Notes: generated from the sequence alone by a model not told the origin. 64,000 bases of DNA from an uncultured Gammaproteobacteria bacterium (GCA_964510885.1 CAZEDL010000001.1:129310-193309); one strand, 5' to 3'. Shown: positions 17,938 through 27,719, numbered from the stretch's first letter. Made by a program: numbers and translations.

Positions 17938-18142
17938 ACTCATTTCACAATCAATCCATGTCATTCCTGACCAGGATCAGGAATCCACAGTTAAAATTTT
18001 TAATTTTCAATTAAAGAATCACTGGGCGACACCATCATTAAAAATTGTAAATTGTATTTATTGACCGAAGGGAAACTAATTGAAAATCATATCTGATACC
18101 ATGTGGATTGTGGATTCCTCCGACTGAGTTGGGAGGATGAGA
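17938..18142. repeat. REP-like palindrome doublet between mreC and mreD
   Basis: tgtcattcctgaccaggatcaggaatccaca ... tgtggattcctcc...ggaggatgag; 17938-17984 is 45/47 identical to the reverse complement of 53468-53514. Confidence 0.8.
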
Positions 18143-18161
18143 GTTTTAACATGACTTTTAT

Positions 18162-18707
18162 ATGAACCGTCTTCTGTCAGTCATATACGCAATAATACTT
18201 ACAGCAGGGCTGACTCTCGGTCAAATTTTAATTCGAGAAGTTGCCCCATTTCCATTTAGCCAAATAAATCTTATATTTGCGAGCATTGCCACGCTTGTCA
18301 TCGCATATGGCAATAATCGACCTTTGGTTATAGCTGCTGTAGCCACGCTTCTCTTAGATGGTTTTTCTTCCGCACCTTTTGGCCTTGGAAGTCTTACTAT
18401 ACTGTCGGGCTTAGCCTGCCACAGCTTACTGCTTAGTAAAATTTTTACCACTCATTCACCTTCGATTGTGGCGCTATCAGGATTTTTAAGCAATCTATTG
18501 TACCGCATACTCTGGCTTATTATTATAATATCACTTAATCTTTCGCAAAATAATACGGGCATACTCAATTTTGACCTGCTCCAAAAATGGTCAGCTGATG
18601 TATTTTTAACCACCGGCACCTTGGTGCTTATGTATATGCTCAGCACTCGTTTTGTTAAGCGGCTCAAACCAAACTATATAAACATCCAACGCCAAACATC
18701 CGTATGA
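18162..18707 (+). CDS. mreD: MreD-like membrane protein
   Basis: Five to six TM helices, LLLDGFSSAPFG motif, located between mreC and mrdA. Confidence 0.75.
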   Translation: MNRLLSVIYAIILTAGLTLGQILIREVAPFPFSQINLIFASIATLVIAYGNNRPLVIAAVATLLLDGFSSAPFGLGSLTILSGLACHSLLLSKIFTTHSPSIVALSGFLSNLLYRILWLIIIISLNLSQNNTGILNFDLLQKWSADVFLTTGTLVLMYMLSTRFVKRLKPNYINIQRQTSV

Positions 18708-20698
18708 AACGAAAGTCAAGCGACCAATCATTATTTTTAGGACTCACCGAGGCCGATACTGATAACTCTAAAATTCCTAATCGTTACCGATTGTCATGGG
18801 TGGAATCATCTTTTGATTTACCAACCTCTAGCCAGGCGTCTGCCTCATACGAACACGATGCCTTTCTCGGAAAAAGTGTTAACCCCAAAAAAACGCGCTG
18901 GTTTTTTTTAGTCTTGCTTGCTGGGGTATTGCTAATCTTATGTCGAGTGAGTTATCTCCAGATTTGGAAAGGGAGCGAATATCGAGCACAGGCAGAAGGA
19001 AATCGTTTGCGTTTGATCCCGGTATTGGCTGAGCGGGGGATAATCTACGACCGCTTTAATCGCGAATTAGTCCAAAATATTCCAAGCTTTACCCTGTCTA
19101 TTATTCCTCAAGATTTACCACGCGATCAAAACGAGCGAACAACAGTACTGTCGCGGGTATCCGAAATGAGCGGAGTCCCAAGCGAAGATATCAATACCGC
19201 ACTCAAAAAATATCGGACCGCTGGATATCAGTCACTCACTGTAAAAGAAAATCTGGATTACGAAGCTGCGCTCACTCTCTATACCGAAAATGCCGACCTG
19301 CCTGGAGTAGTTATTGAAAGCGCCACCAAACGCTACTACCCAGAAACGACTAACTCAAGCTCAAGCAGCACCCTCTCAATGTCGCATCTGTTTGGATATC
19401 TTGGAAAAATAAATGAACAAGAATTAAGCCGAGTTAAAAAAGGCACGTATCTATTAGCCGACACCATCGGTAAAGCCGGTCTAGAAAAATCATATGAAGC
19501 CGAGCTGCGCGGCACCATGGGCACCAAAAAAATAGAAGTTGATGCCAGGGGTAAAGAACAAGCGGTACTAACGATCGATCCTCCTGTACCTGGAAAAAAT
19601 CTAATTTTGACCCTTGATCTTGACGCCCAACGAACACTAGAGCAAGCAGTCAGGCAAACGCTCGACAAGAATAATAAAACCCGGGCCGCCGCAATTGCCC
19701 TTAATCCCGAAACCGGCGCTATTTTGGCTATGGTCAGCTGGCCAAGCTTTGATAATAATCATTTTTCGGGCGGTATAGCATCAAGCACGTATCGCACTTA
19801 CATAAACGACCCAGATCATCCGCTTTTCAATCGCGCCATTGCCGGCCTTATGCCGCCCGGTTCGACCCTTAAACTATTAGTCGGCCTAGCCGCCTTGGAA
19901 GAAAAAATAATCACTACGCAAACCAGTGTTAACAGCGCCGGTGGAATTATGGTGGGCGGACACTTATTCAGAGACTGGAAAGCTGGTGGCCACGGTATTA
20001 CATCACTCACCAAAGCGTTAGCCTGGTCAGTGAACACCTTCTTTTACTATGTCGGCGGGGGATACCGCGATTTTACGGGCATGGGCGTTGATACGCTACT
20101 TAGCTACCTTAATCATTATAAACTTACCGACACTACGGGTATAGATCTGCCGGGTGAACGAGCTGGCTTTTTACCAAGTAGGGAATGGAAACAAGAGAAA
20201 CGTGGTGAACCTTGGTATGTCGGTGACACATACAATTTATCAATCGGCCAGGGAGATTTAGTGGTCACCCCGTTGCGTGTAGCCTGGTGGACGGCCTTTA
20301 TTGCTACTGGTAAAAATATCAAGCCGCATTTGGCCGATGCGCTCGTCGATTCAATTACCAAAAAACGTACCTCACTAAACTTTAGTGATAATCCTGAAGC
20401 GCTTGCGAATTCGGGCAACGAAGCGGTCATCCGCCGAGGGATGAAAGAATGCGTGGAGTATGGTAGCTGCCGTGCTCTCGCCACTCTACCCTTCACAGTA
20501 GGTGGCAAAACCGGCACCGCTCAGTGGAGTTCAAGTCATGATACCCACGCCTGGTTCACCTCATTTGCTCCAGTCGAGCGCCCCCAAATCGTTGTTACCG
20601 TGCTCGTTGAAGAAGGTGGTGAAGGCTCAGGCGTAGCACTGCCAATTGCTAAACAATTTTTAAGTTGGTGGGGGAAAAAATATTTGACAGGGGGATGA
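18704..20698 (+). CDS. mrdA: Penicillin-binding protein 2
   Basis: RGIIYDR, GKAGLE, PGSTLK (SxxK), SVN, KTGT. Confidence 0.95.
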   Translation: MKRKSSDQSLFLGLTEADTDNSKIPNRYRLSWVESSFDLPTSSQASASYEHDAFLGKSVNPKKTRWFFLVLLAGVLLILCRVSYLQIWKGSEYRAQAEGNRLRLIPVLAERGIIYDRFNRELVQNIPSFTLSIIPQDLPRDQNERTTVLSRVSEMSGVPSEDINTALKKYRTAGYQSLTVKENLDYEAALTLYTENADLPGVVIESATKRYYPETTNSSSSSTLSMSHLFGYLGKINEQELSRVKKGTYLLADTIGKAGLEKSYEAELRGTMGTKKIEVDARGKEQAVLTIDPPVPGKNLILTLDLDAQRTLEQAVRQTLDKNNKTRAAAIALNPETGAILAMVSWPSFDNNHFSGGIASSTYRTYINDPDHPLFNRAIAGLMPPGSTLKLLVGLAALEEKIITTQTSVNSAGGIMVGGHLFRDWKAGGHGITSLTKALAWSVNTFFYYVGGGYRDFTGMGVDTLLSYLNHYKLTDTTGIDLPGERAGFLPSREWKQEKRGEPWYVGDTYNLSIGQGDLVVTPLRVAWWTAFIATGKNIKPHLADALVDSITKKRTSLNFSDNPEALANSGNEAVIRRGMKECVEYGSCRALATLPFTVGGKTGTAQWSSSHDTHAWFTSFAPVERPQIVVTVLVEEGGEGSGVALPIAKQFLSWWGKKYLTGG

Positions 20699-20711
20699 CG
20701 TGTGTTATAGT
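20684..20711 (+). promoter_or_regulatory. Sigma70 promoter of greA
   Basis: TTGACA-N16-TATAGT. Confidence 0.6.
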
Positions 20712-20758
20712 AACTACATAATTTAAAAATTTTTTCTCTACCTATAATTCCATTGTCT

Positions 20759-21220
20759 ATGGAAGAAACAGTTCACTACGTATCTGCCCAAAGTCTAGCT
20801 GATCTGAAACAAGAATACGAAAATTTAAAAAATGTTACCATTCCGGAAATTGCCAAACGCATTGATGAAGCCAAACAACAAGGCGACCTGTCAGAAAATG
20901 CCGAATATACGCAAGCCCGTGAAGACATGTCGTGGGTGCAGGGCCGCCTGCTCGAGCTGGAACAAATTATCACCAATTCCAAAATTATCACTCATCAAAC
21001 TACCGGAGTCGTTGGTGTCGGGAGCGTGGTGATTGCCACCATAAATGGCAAAGATCGAGACCTCACCATAGTCGGGCCGCAAGAAGTCAATCCGGCTAAA
21101 GGCCTAATTTCCAACGAATCACCGCTCGGTCAGGCACTTATCGGCCATAAAGCTGGCGAGACAGTCGAGGTATCGGCCCCAGCCGGAAAAATAAAATACA
21201 CCATAAAAGCCGTTAAATAA
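20759..21220 (+). CDS. greA: Transcription elongation factor GreA
   Basis: GDLSENAEY, ISNESPLGQALIG. Confidence 0.96.
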   Translation: MEETVHYVSAQSLADLKQEYENLKNVTIPEIAKRIDEAKQQGDLSENAEYTQAREDMSWVQGRLLELEQIITNSKIITHQTTGVVGVGSVVIATINGKDRDLTIVGPQEVNPAKGLISNESPLGQALIGHKAGETVEVSAPAGKIKYTIKAVK

Positions 21221-21235
21221 GACAAAAAACTCCTC

Positions 21236-21266
21236 AAAAAGTCCCTGATTTACAGGGGCTTTTTTT
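21236..21266 (+). terminator. Intrinsic terminator after greA
   Basis: aaaaagtccctg-attta-caggggcttttttt. Confidence 0.8.
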
Positions 21267-21279
21267 ATATCAAAAATCT

Positions 21280-21308
21280 TTGACGAATCGGTTTATTTTC
21301 GCTATATT
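21280..21308 (+). promoter_or_regulatory. Sigma70 promoter of the lysS operon
   Basis: TTGACG-N17-TATATT. Confidence 0.6.
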
Positions 21309-21414
21309 ACTACATGTATTTTACTTACAATTCCTAAGCAAGCCACAGCAACTAGCTACCGTTACGCGTGCTTCATAAAAAAGATCTCAAATACTGCTAA
21401 GTACTTAATATATT

Positions 21415-22920
21415 ATGCCGGAACATCAAACTGAAGCCGAGGTGCGGCTTGAACATTTAAATCGCTTGATTAGCGCCGGAGTGAGCCCCTATCCAGCTAC
21501 CACCGGAGCCCATGTATCAATCGATTCACTAACCGACCTTCCCGTCGATACCAGCGTCACCATTGCAGGCCGTATCGTCGCCAAGCGTCTCATGGGAAAA
21601 TTATGTTTTGCCAAACTTTCTGATGCGACAGGACAATTCCAAGTCGCTTTTTCTGAAAAAGAATTAGGTAAAGAAACCTACGATTTTTTCAGCAGCACCA
21701 TTGATCTGGCAGATTTTGTGACTGTCACCGGTCCAATTTTTATCACCCATAAAGGGGAGCGAACAATCTTAGTTAAAAACTACCAACTACTAACCAAGGC
21801 ACTATTGCCACTTCCCGAAAAATGGCACGGGTTGTCTGATGTTGAAACGCGCTATCGTCAACGATACCTTGATCTGTTAGCCAACGAAGAATCAATGCGA
21901 ATTGCCAAGCTGCGCAGCAAACTAGTGCGAGAACTCCGCTCCTATTTTGATACTCGCGGATTTCAGGAAGTGGAAACGCCAATCTTGCAACCACTCTATG
22001 GCGGTGCCAATGCCCGCCCATTTGTTAGCCACCACGAAGCCTTAGACATCACCCTCTATTTGCGCATCGCTCCAGAATTATATTTAAAACGATTAATTGT
22101 CGGGGGTTTTGAAAAAGTCTACGAAATCGCCCGCTGCTTCCGCAACGAAGGCATCGATCATAACCACAATCCGGAATTTACCCAGATAGAATACTACTGG
22201 GCCTATGCCGATTATAATGATTCCATGAATTTGGTAGAAGAAATGTTGCCGTATCTTATTAATGCCATTGGTCTGCCCCTGCAATTTGAAGCCGATGGTA
22301 AACAAGTGGATTTTAGCGGGCCATATCCGCGAATCACCATGCGCGAACTCATCAAGCAGTATGCCAAAATTGATATTGAGGATTATCCGGATCAAGTGAG
22401 CCTCTATAAAAAAGCCACCGAACTTGGCGTAGAAGATCTGTCACCAGCCGATGGGCGCGGTAAACTAATTGATGAAATCTACAAGAAATTTGCCCGTCCG
22501 AATATTGTCGACCCAATTTTTGTCATTGATCACCCTGTAGAATTATCACCGCTCGCGAAACGCAAAGCCAGTGACCCTCGCTATGTAGAGCGTTTTCAAC
22601 TCTTATGCGTTGGGGGCAACGAACTCTGCAACGCCTTCACCGAGCTCAATGACCCGCTCGATCAAGAAGAACGCTTCAAAGAACAAGAACGCCTGCACGC
22701 CGCCGGCGATGCCGAAGGCATGCGCTACGATGCCGATTACATCACCGCCCTAAAGCATGGCATGCCGCCGACCAGTGGTCTTGGCATGGGCATCGATCGC
22801 TTAGTAAAATTACTCGTCAATGCTCAAAACTTAAAAGAAGTAATTCTATTCCCCACACTTCGCCCCGAAGTGTCTGTACCGAATGAAGAGGCGGCACCAC
22901 AAAAAGATAGCTCTAAATAG
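21415..22920 (+). CDS. lysS: Lysine--tRNA ligase (class II)
   Basis: RYRQRYLDL, YLRIAPELYLKRL, FRNEG, HNPEFT, GMGIDRL. Confidence 0.97.
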   Translation: MPEHQTEAEVRLEHLNRLISAGVSPYPATTGAHVSIDSLTDLPVDTSVTIAGRIVAKRLMGKLCFAKLSDATGQFQVAFSEKELGKETYDFFSSTIDLADFVTVTGPIFITHKGERTILVKNYQLLTKALLPLPEKWHGLSDVETRYRQRYLDLLANEESMRIAKLRSKLVRELRSYFDTRGFQEVETPILQPLYGGANARPFVSHHEALDITLYLRIAPELYLKRLIVGGFEKVYEIARCFRNEGIDHNHNPEFTQIEYYWAYADYNDSMNLVEEMLPYLINAIGLPLQFEADGKQVDFSGPYPRITMRELIKQYAKIDIEDYPDQVSLYKKATELGVEDLSPADGRGKLIDEIYKKFARPNIVDPIFVIDHPVELSPLAKRKASDPRYVERFQLLCVGGNELCNAFTELNDPLDQEERFKEQERLHAAGDAEGMRYDADYITALKHGMPPTSGLGMGIDRLVKLLVNAQNLKEVILFPTLRPEVSVPNEEAAPQKDSSK

Positions 22921-22924
22921 TACT

Positions 22925-23317
22925 ATGAAAAAAGTACTTGCTTTTGGCACCTTTGACCACTTGCATCCTGGCCATTCATTTTTTTTAGCCGAAGCCAAAA
23001 AACTCGGCGACCACTTAACCGTGGTAGTAGGCCGAGATGTCACCGTTAGCCAAGTAAAACACCACCTGCCAAAACAATCAGAAGTCGAGCGCTTAGCTGC
23101 AGTAGCCAAAGATCCGGCCGTCGATAAAGCTCGGCTCGGGAATACCGGTGAAGATAAATTAAAAGTGATCGAAGAAGAGAAGCCAGATATTATTGCGCTA
23201 GGCTATGATCAAAAAGTATTTGTAGACTTGTTACTTGAGAAATATTCTGGAAAAATTCAAATTTCTTGGATCGAAGCCTTCCAACCGGATATCTACAAAA
23301 GCTCCAAACTAAGGTAA
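22925..23317 (+). CDS. Cytidylyltransferase-family nucleotidyltransferase, archaeal-type FAD synthase (RibL)-like
   Basis: FGTFDHLHPGH, VVVGRD, PDIIALGYDQ, KSSK. Confidence 0.75.
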   Translation: MKKVLAFGTFDHLHPGHSFFLAEAKKLGDHLTVVVGRDVTVSQVKHHLPKQSEVERLAAVAKDPAVDKARLGNTGEDKLKVIEEEKPDIIALGYDQKVFVDLLLEKYSGKIQISWIEAFQPDIYKSSKLR

Positions 23318-23319
23318 CT

Positions 23320-24372
23320 ATGAAGACGCCTGCCCCGCTCAAAATTTTAATCGCCACTTCGAACCCCGGAAAATTTCAGGAATTTATCTTAGAATTTGCT
23401 GATTTACCTTTTACATTTGTAAATCTCACGGACTGCGGTCTTGGCAACCTTGACGTTGACGAACCCTACGACACCACCGAACAAAACGCCATTCACAAAG
23501 CTAAAATCTATGGACAAAAGAGCGGCCTCTTAACTATTGCCGAAGATAGCGGTTTATTTGTACGAGCACTGCAAGGTGCCCCCGGCGTCCATTCAAAACG
23601 CTACGCACCCACCGCTCCCGAACGAGTCAAAAAACTCTTGGCCGCTCTAACCGGAGTGCCGACCAAACACCGCTCAGCTTCATTTGAAAGTTCAAGCTGC
23701 CTGTATAATCCAACTACTCATTCATACACCGTATTTTCGGGTCAAACCCACGGCCACATCACTGAGCGCACCAGCCGTATTCCTGCCCGCCCCGGGCTCG
23801 AATACGACAGTGTTTTTTACTATGAGGCCGCTAAAAAAATCGGCACCGCAATTTCGCCCGCTGAAAAAAATCTGATTAGTCATCGAGGCCAACTAGCCAT
23901 CCAGCTCAAAATTTACCTAACGCGCCAACTGTCTTTCAAACAGATAATTGTGCCCGCCGCGCTGGTGGTAAAAGATCGTAAATTATTTTGCAACAAACGC
24001 CGCGACCACCGCCCTCACATGAATAATAAGTGGGAATTTCCAGGTGGGGGAATAGATAATGGCGAAGATCCAGTTGAGTGTGTAAAACGAGAAATAAAAG
24101 AAGAGACGGGATATACCGTAGAACCAATCGAAATGATTCCGCACATGCTCTCAACCGTTGCAAAAGGGGCCAGCCAAGAGCCATACCAAGTATTCATCTT
24201 CTGTTATATCTGCAAAATAACGGGGGGCAGTCTCAAAGTCCCTGCCGGAGAATCTAACGGACACGGATGGTTCACTCTTGCAGAAGCTAAAAAGCTGGAT
24301 TTTCTAGCTTTAAACAAGCAACTGTTCCGTCTCAAGCACACTCTCGCTATCATTAAAAAATATATTGATTAA
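23320..24372 (+). CDS. Ham1/RdgB non-canonical NTP pyrophosphatase fused to a NUDIX (MutT-like) domain
   Basis: ATSNPGK, AEDSGL, PGVHSKR, SHRG, then WEFPGGGIDNGEDPVECVKREIKEETG (Nudix box). Confidence 0.9.
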   Translation: MKTPAPLKILIATSNPGKFQEFILEFADLPFTFVNLTDCGLGNLDVDEPYDTTEQNAIHKAKIYGQKSGLLTIAEDSGLFVRALQGAPGVHSKRYAPTAPERVKKLLAALTGVPTKHRSASFESSSCLYNPTTHSYTVFSGQTHGHITERTSRIPARPGLEYDSVFYYEAAKKIGTAISPAEKNLISHRGQLAIQLKIYLTRQLSFKQIIVPAALVVKDRKLFCNKRRDHRPHMNNKWEFPGGGIDNGEDPVECVKREIKEETGYTVEPIEMIPHMLSTVAKGASQEPYQVFIFCYICKITGGSLKVPAGESNGHGWFTLAEAKKLDFLALNKQLFRLKHTLAIIKKYID

Positions 24373-24384
24373 ATAAAGAGCCGT

Positions 24385-25623
24385 ATGCTAGATATTAACC
24401 TAATCCGTCAAAACCCTGAACTCATCAAAAAAAATAACGCTACTCGAAACGTTACTGTCGATCTCGATGCTATTTTAATCCTCGATGAAGAAAAAAATAA
24501 ACTTAAGACCGAAGCCGATCGATTGCGTTCAGAGCGCAACAAGCGCTCCAAAGGCAAGCCCTCTGAAGATGAAATCAAGCTGCTGCGGAAGCTCGGCGAA
24601 GAGGTGAGCGGGCTCGAACAAATCGTCGCCGAAAAACAAACTGCTCTTGATGCGCTACTTGGTAAAATTCCAAATATTAATCACGATAGCACGCCAGTTG
24701 GCCCCGATGAGAGCGGTAATGTAGTGGAACGCACTAGCGGTACGAAGCCTCAATTCTCATTTGAACCACTTGAGCACCATCTGGTTCCAAGTGTCAAAAA
24801 TTACATAGATCTTGAACGGGGTGCTAAATTATCTGGTTCGCGTTTTTATTACCTCAAAGGCAAACTCGCCATTTTAGAGCGCGCCCTTATTCAATTCACG
24901 CTCGACACTATTCAAAAACAAGGCTTTGAGCTTATCTTGCCACCACTTCTTGTCACTGAACCAGCCATGTACGGCACTGGATTTTTCCCCGCTGACCGGA
25001 ATGAAGTTTATGCCGTAAACCCGGATGAAGATGATTTATACTTAATCGGCACCTCCGAAGTGCCGTTAGTATTCATGCACAGTAATGAAATTCTTAAGGC
25101 CGGAGACCTACCAAAAAAATATGTCTCGGTGACACCCTGTTTCCGCCGTGAAGCCGGTAGCTACGGCAAAGACACCAAAGGCATCTTCCGCGTCCACCAA
25201 TTCTATAAAGTAGAAATGGTTGTTTTCTGCCGGCCTGAAGACTCATGGAATATTCACGCCGAAATCCTGGCTCATGAAGAAACTATTTTGCAGGCACTAG
25301 GCCTTCATTATCAAGTACTTAATATTTGTAGTGGCGACCTTGGTTTTCCAGCCGCTAAAAAATATGATTGCGAAGGGTGGTTCCCTGGCCAGAGCCGCTT
25401 TCGAGAGCTCACTTCCACCAGCAACACCACCGATTATCAAGCCAGGCGTAGCAACATTCGCTATGAAACACCTGACGGTAAAAAAGAACTCGCCCACACG
25501 CTAAATGGTACGGCCGTAGCCGACCGCACGCTGCTCGCTATTATTGAAAACTACCAGACCGCTGATGGGGGAGTAGTCGTACCAGAAGTGCTACGTAAAT
25601 ATACTGGTTTTGACCAGATCTAA
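24385..25623 (+). CDS. serS: Serine--tRNA ligase
   Basis: LIGTSE, CFRREAG, GIFRVHQF, HTLNGT. Confidence 0.97.
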   Translation: MLDINLIRQNPELIKKNNATRNVTVDLDAILILDEEKNKLKTEADRLRSERNKRSKGKPSEDEIKLLRKLGEEVSGLEQIVAEKQTALDALLGKIPNINHDSTPVGPDESGNVVERTSGTKPQFSFEPLEHHLVPSVKNYIDLERGAKLSGSRFYYLKGKLAILERALIQFTLDTIQKQGFELILPPLLVTEPAMYGTGFFPADRNEVYAVNPDEDDLYLIGTSEVPLVFMHSNEILKAGDLPKKYVSVTPCFRREAGSYGKDTKGIFRVHQFYKVEMVVFCRPEDSWNIHAEILAHEETILQALGLHYQVLNICSGDLGFPAAKKYDCEGWFPGQSRFRELTSTSNTTDYQARRSNIRYETPDGKKELAHTLNGTAVADRTLLAIIENYQTADGGVVVPEVLRKYTGFDQI

Positions 25624-25637
25624 TACTTCGTTAGATC

Positions 25638-26642
25638 ATGACCAACCCCTATTCGTTTAGCAAAAAACTAATTACCAAACGGTTTCTTTTGCATCCTGCT
25701 ACGATTATAACGGCCATACCAACCGCCTTTCTTATTGGTTTTGTAATTATCGGCAATCTTGCTAAAGATAGCAATAGGGAGCTGCTAACAGGAGTCAGTT
25801 GGGGCGCTAGTATACTAGGAATAATTTTTGTGCTCACCCTTACGACAACCTGGTTGCTGGCAAAATGCGGCTTTCCCTATCAAACATATGAGTTACTTGA
25901 GGATAGTATTGAGCTTGAAAACAGGGGATGGATTTTTAAGAGTAAAAAAAGTATTCAATATAGCAAAATTATCCAGATAAGCCTATCAGAAAGTTTAGGC
26001 AACCGCGTATGGAATCTAAAAGATATTGTTCTTAAAGTAATTGATGATGAAAAGCATATAGTCTATGCTAGAACGCTACATGGCTTTGATCAACGCGAAG
26101 CAGAACTCCTAAAAAACGCTTTGGTCAAAAAAATAACTGCAACAGAGCATGCCACGAGCGAATATCACAATCTTAATATTGATTTGCCAAAAACCATTAT
26201 TAATAGTCTGGGCTTTGGATTTCTAGGTGCAGTATTTATAGGGGTCGTTACCGGAGCATCATACAAATATAAATTCTCTATTTCACGATATGGTTATAAT
26301 CCTATAACCAGTATCAATGAGATCATCCTTTTTGAAGCCGTTGCTGCACTCTTATTTTTATACGGAATTTGTAATAAATGGTACGGTTGGAAATTGAGCG
26401 CAACACCAACCGAACTCATAATCAGTCATGGTTTTTTTATCAGGACAGTTGATTACATTTTTTATTCACATCTTCAGACTGGTTTTTTGAGCGGGTTATT
26501 TTTTAAGAGTATAACATTCCACTTACCTTATGACTGTTTGGTAGAATTTCCACCGCTAGTGGGGCGTGAGGGCGAAAAAGTCCTATCAGAAATTAATCAA
26601 AAATTAACCACAACCTATGAAAAACATCCTCAAAGAATTTAA
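25638..26642 (+). CDS. Membrane protein with probable tandem bacterial PH (bPH_2/YdbT-like) domains
   Basis: Two [2TM + Y/W-x-L....G....I.YS.I/LQ] modules. Confidence 0.6.
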   Translation: MTNPYSFSKKLITKRFLLHPATIITAIPTAFLIGFVIIGNLAKDSNRELLTGVSWGASILGIIFVLTLTTTWLLAKCGFPYQTYELLEDSIELENRGWIFKSKKSIQYSKIIQISLSESLGNRVWNLKDIVLKVIDDEKHIVYARTLHGFDQREAELLKNALVKKITATEHATSEYHNLNIDLPKTIINSLGFGFLGAVFIGVVTGASYKYKFSISRYGYNPITSINEIILFEAVAALLFLYGICNKWYGWKLSATPTELIISHGFFIRTVDYIFYSHLQTGFLSGLFFKSITFHLPYDCLVEFPPLVGREGEKVLSEINQKLTTTYEKHPQRI

Positions 26643-27030
26643 AGAATTTGCTGTTAAAGGTAATGTCATCGATCTCGCCGTTGGCGTCGTAATTGGTGGA
26701 GCTTTTGGGAAAATTGTCTCTTCTCTAGTTAGCGACATAATCTCTCCGTTATTAAGCGTTTTAACCAATAGTATCGATCTAAAAAATCTTCATGCAGTAA
26801 TTAAAACCGGCCCACTTGGCCAGCCACCTGTGCTGCTCAATTACGGACTATTTATCGAGAATATTATCGATTTTATCATTATCTCTTTCACTATTTTCCT
26901 CATGGTAAAGGGAATTAATCAAGTACGTAAAAAACAAGCAGCCGAAGAAGCCAAGCCGGTCCTACCACCACGGCAAGAACAACTTCTCGAAGAAATTCGC
27001 GACCTATTAAAAAGTCAGACCAGAAAATAA
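26617..27030 (+). CDS. mscL: Large-conductance mechanosensitive channel
   Basis: EFKEFAVKGNVIDLAVGVVIGGAFGKIVSSLV, LLEEIRDLL. Confidence 0.97.
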   Translation: MKNILKEFKEFAVKGNVIDLAVGVVIGGAFGKIVSSLVSDIISPLLSVLTNSIDLKNLHAVIKTGPLGQPPVLLNYGLFIENIIDFIIISFTIFLMVKGINQVRKKQAAEEAKPVLPPRQEQLLEEIRDLLKSQTRK

Positions 27031-27035
27031 CCGCT

Positions 27036-27065
27036 AAAAAAACCGGCCGTAACGGTCGGTTTTTT
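27036..27065. terminator. Bidirectional intrinsic terminator
   Basis: aaaaaaaccggccg-taa-cggtcggtttttt between convergent genes. Confidence 0.85.
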
Positions 27066-27074
27066 CTTCAAAAA

Positions 27075-27719
27075 CTATTTTACAATCAGCGTACCTCTCA
27101 TCGCGCCATGCCCGGCTCCACAGAAGACTGAGCAGGAAAAGGTGAACGTCCCACTTTTATCGGCCACAAACTCTGCCACGACTGTCTTCCCAGACTCGAT
27201 ATTAAGCGATAGGTTAAATTCAGGCAAACTGAAGCCATGAACGGTATCAGCGCTAGTTATCAGTAACTTTACTACGTCACCTCTATTCACCGTAATCGTA
27301 CTTGGTTCAAAGGCAAATTGTTTAGCGGTTAAATTGAAGGTTTTGGTTTCAGGCTTCGCTGGCGCTGGTACTGGCTCCGATTTTGGCTCGGGTTTAGATT
27401 CTGGCTGTGACTCTGCTTTTACTTTAACCTCCATGGCCCCATCAACCGATACGGCCGTTTTTTCTTGAGTGTTAGCAGCCTTATCTTCGATTTTAGACGG
27501 CTCTGTTTTTGCGTCTCCTGTCTCAGTCGCAGTTACCTCTGTTTTCTCCATCACTGCTGCATCATTTTCAGCTGGCGGGGGAGTTGTTGCTGTCGTTTCA
27601 ACTCCAGTTGAAGCACTCTCAGGAGGAGCAACCGTTACATTAGCGGTCGAAGAGCATCCTGCTCCGACCGTGACCAGCAAGGCTCCGGCCATAAATAGTC
27701 CGGCAACTTGTTTCTGCAT
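27075..27719 (-). CDS. Cupredoxin-domain lipoprotein with a CuA-type motif
   Basis: VGAGC lipobox-like end of signal peptide, low-complexity linker, DTVHGF and CSVFCGAGHGAM. Confidence 0.85.
   Translation of the reverse strand: MQKQVAGLFMAGALLVTVGAGCSSTANVTVAPPESASTGVETTATTPPPAENDAAVMEKTEVTATETGDAKTEPSKIEDKAANTQEKTAVSVDGAMEVKVKAESQPESKPEPKSEPVPAPAKPETKTFNLTAKQFAFEPSTITVNRGDVVKLLITSADTVHGFSLPEFNLSLNIESGKTVVAEFVADKSGTFTFSCSVFCGAGHGAMRGTLIVK

Noticed and set aside
21314-21414. T-box or leader peptide (MYFTYNS) upstream of lysS
   Set aside because: No T-box consensus, no Lys codons and no attenuator hairpin.
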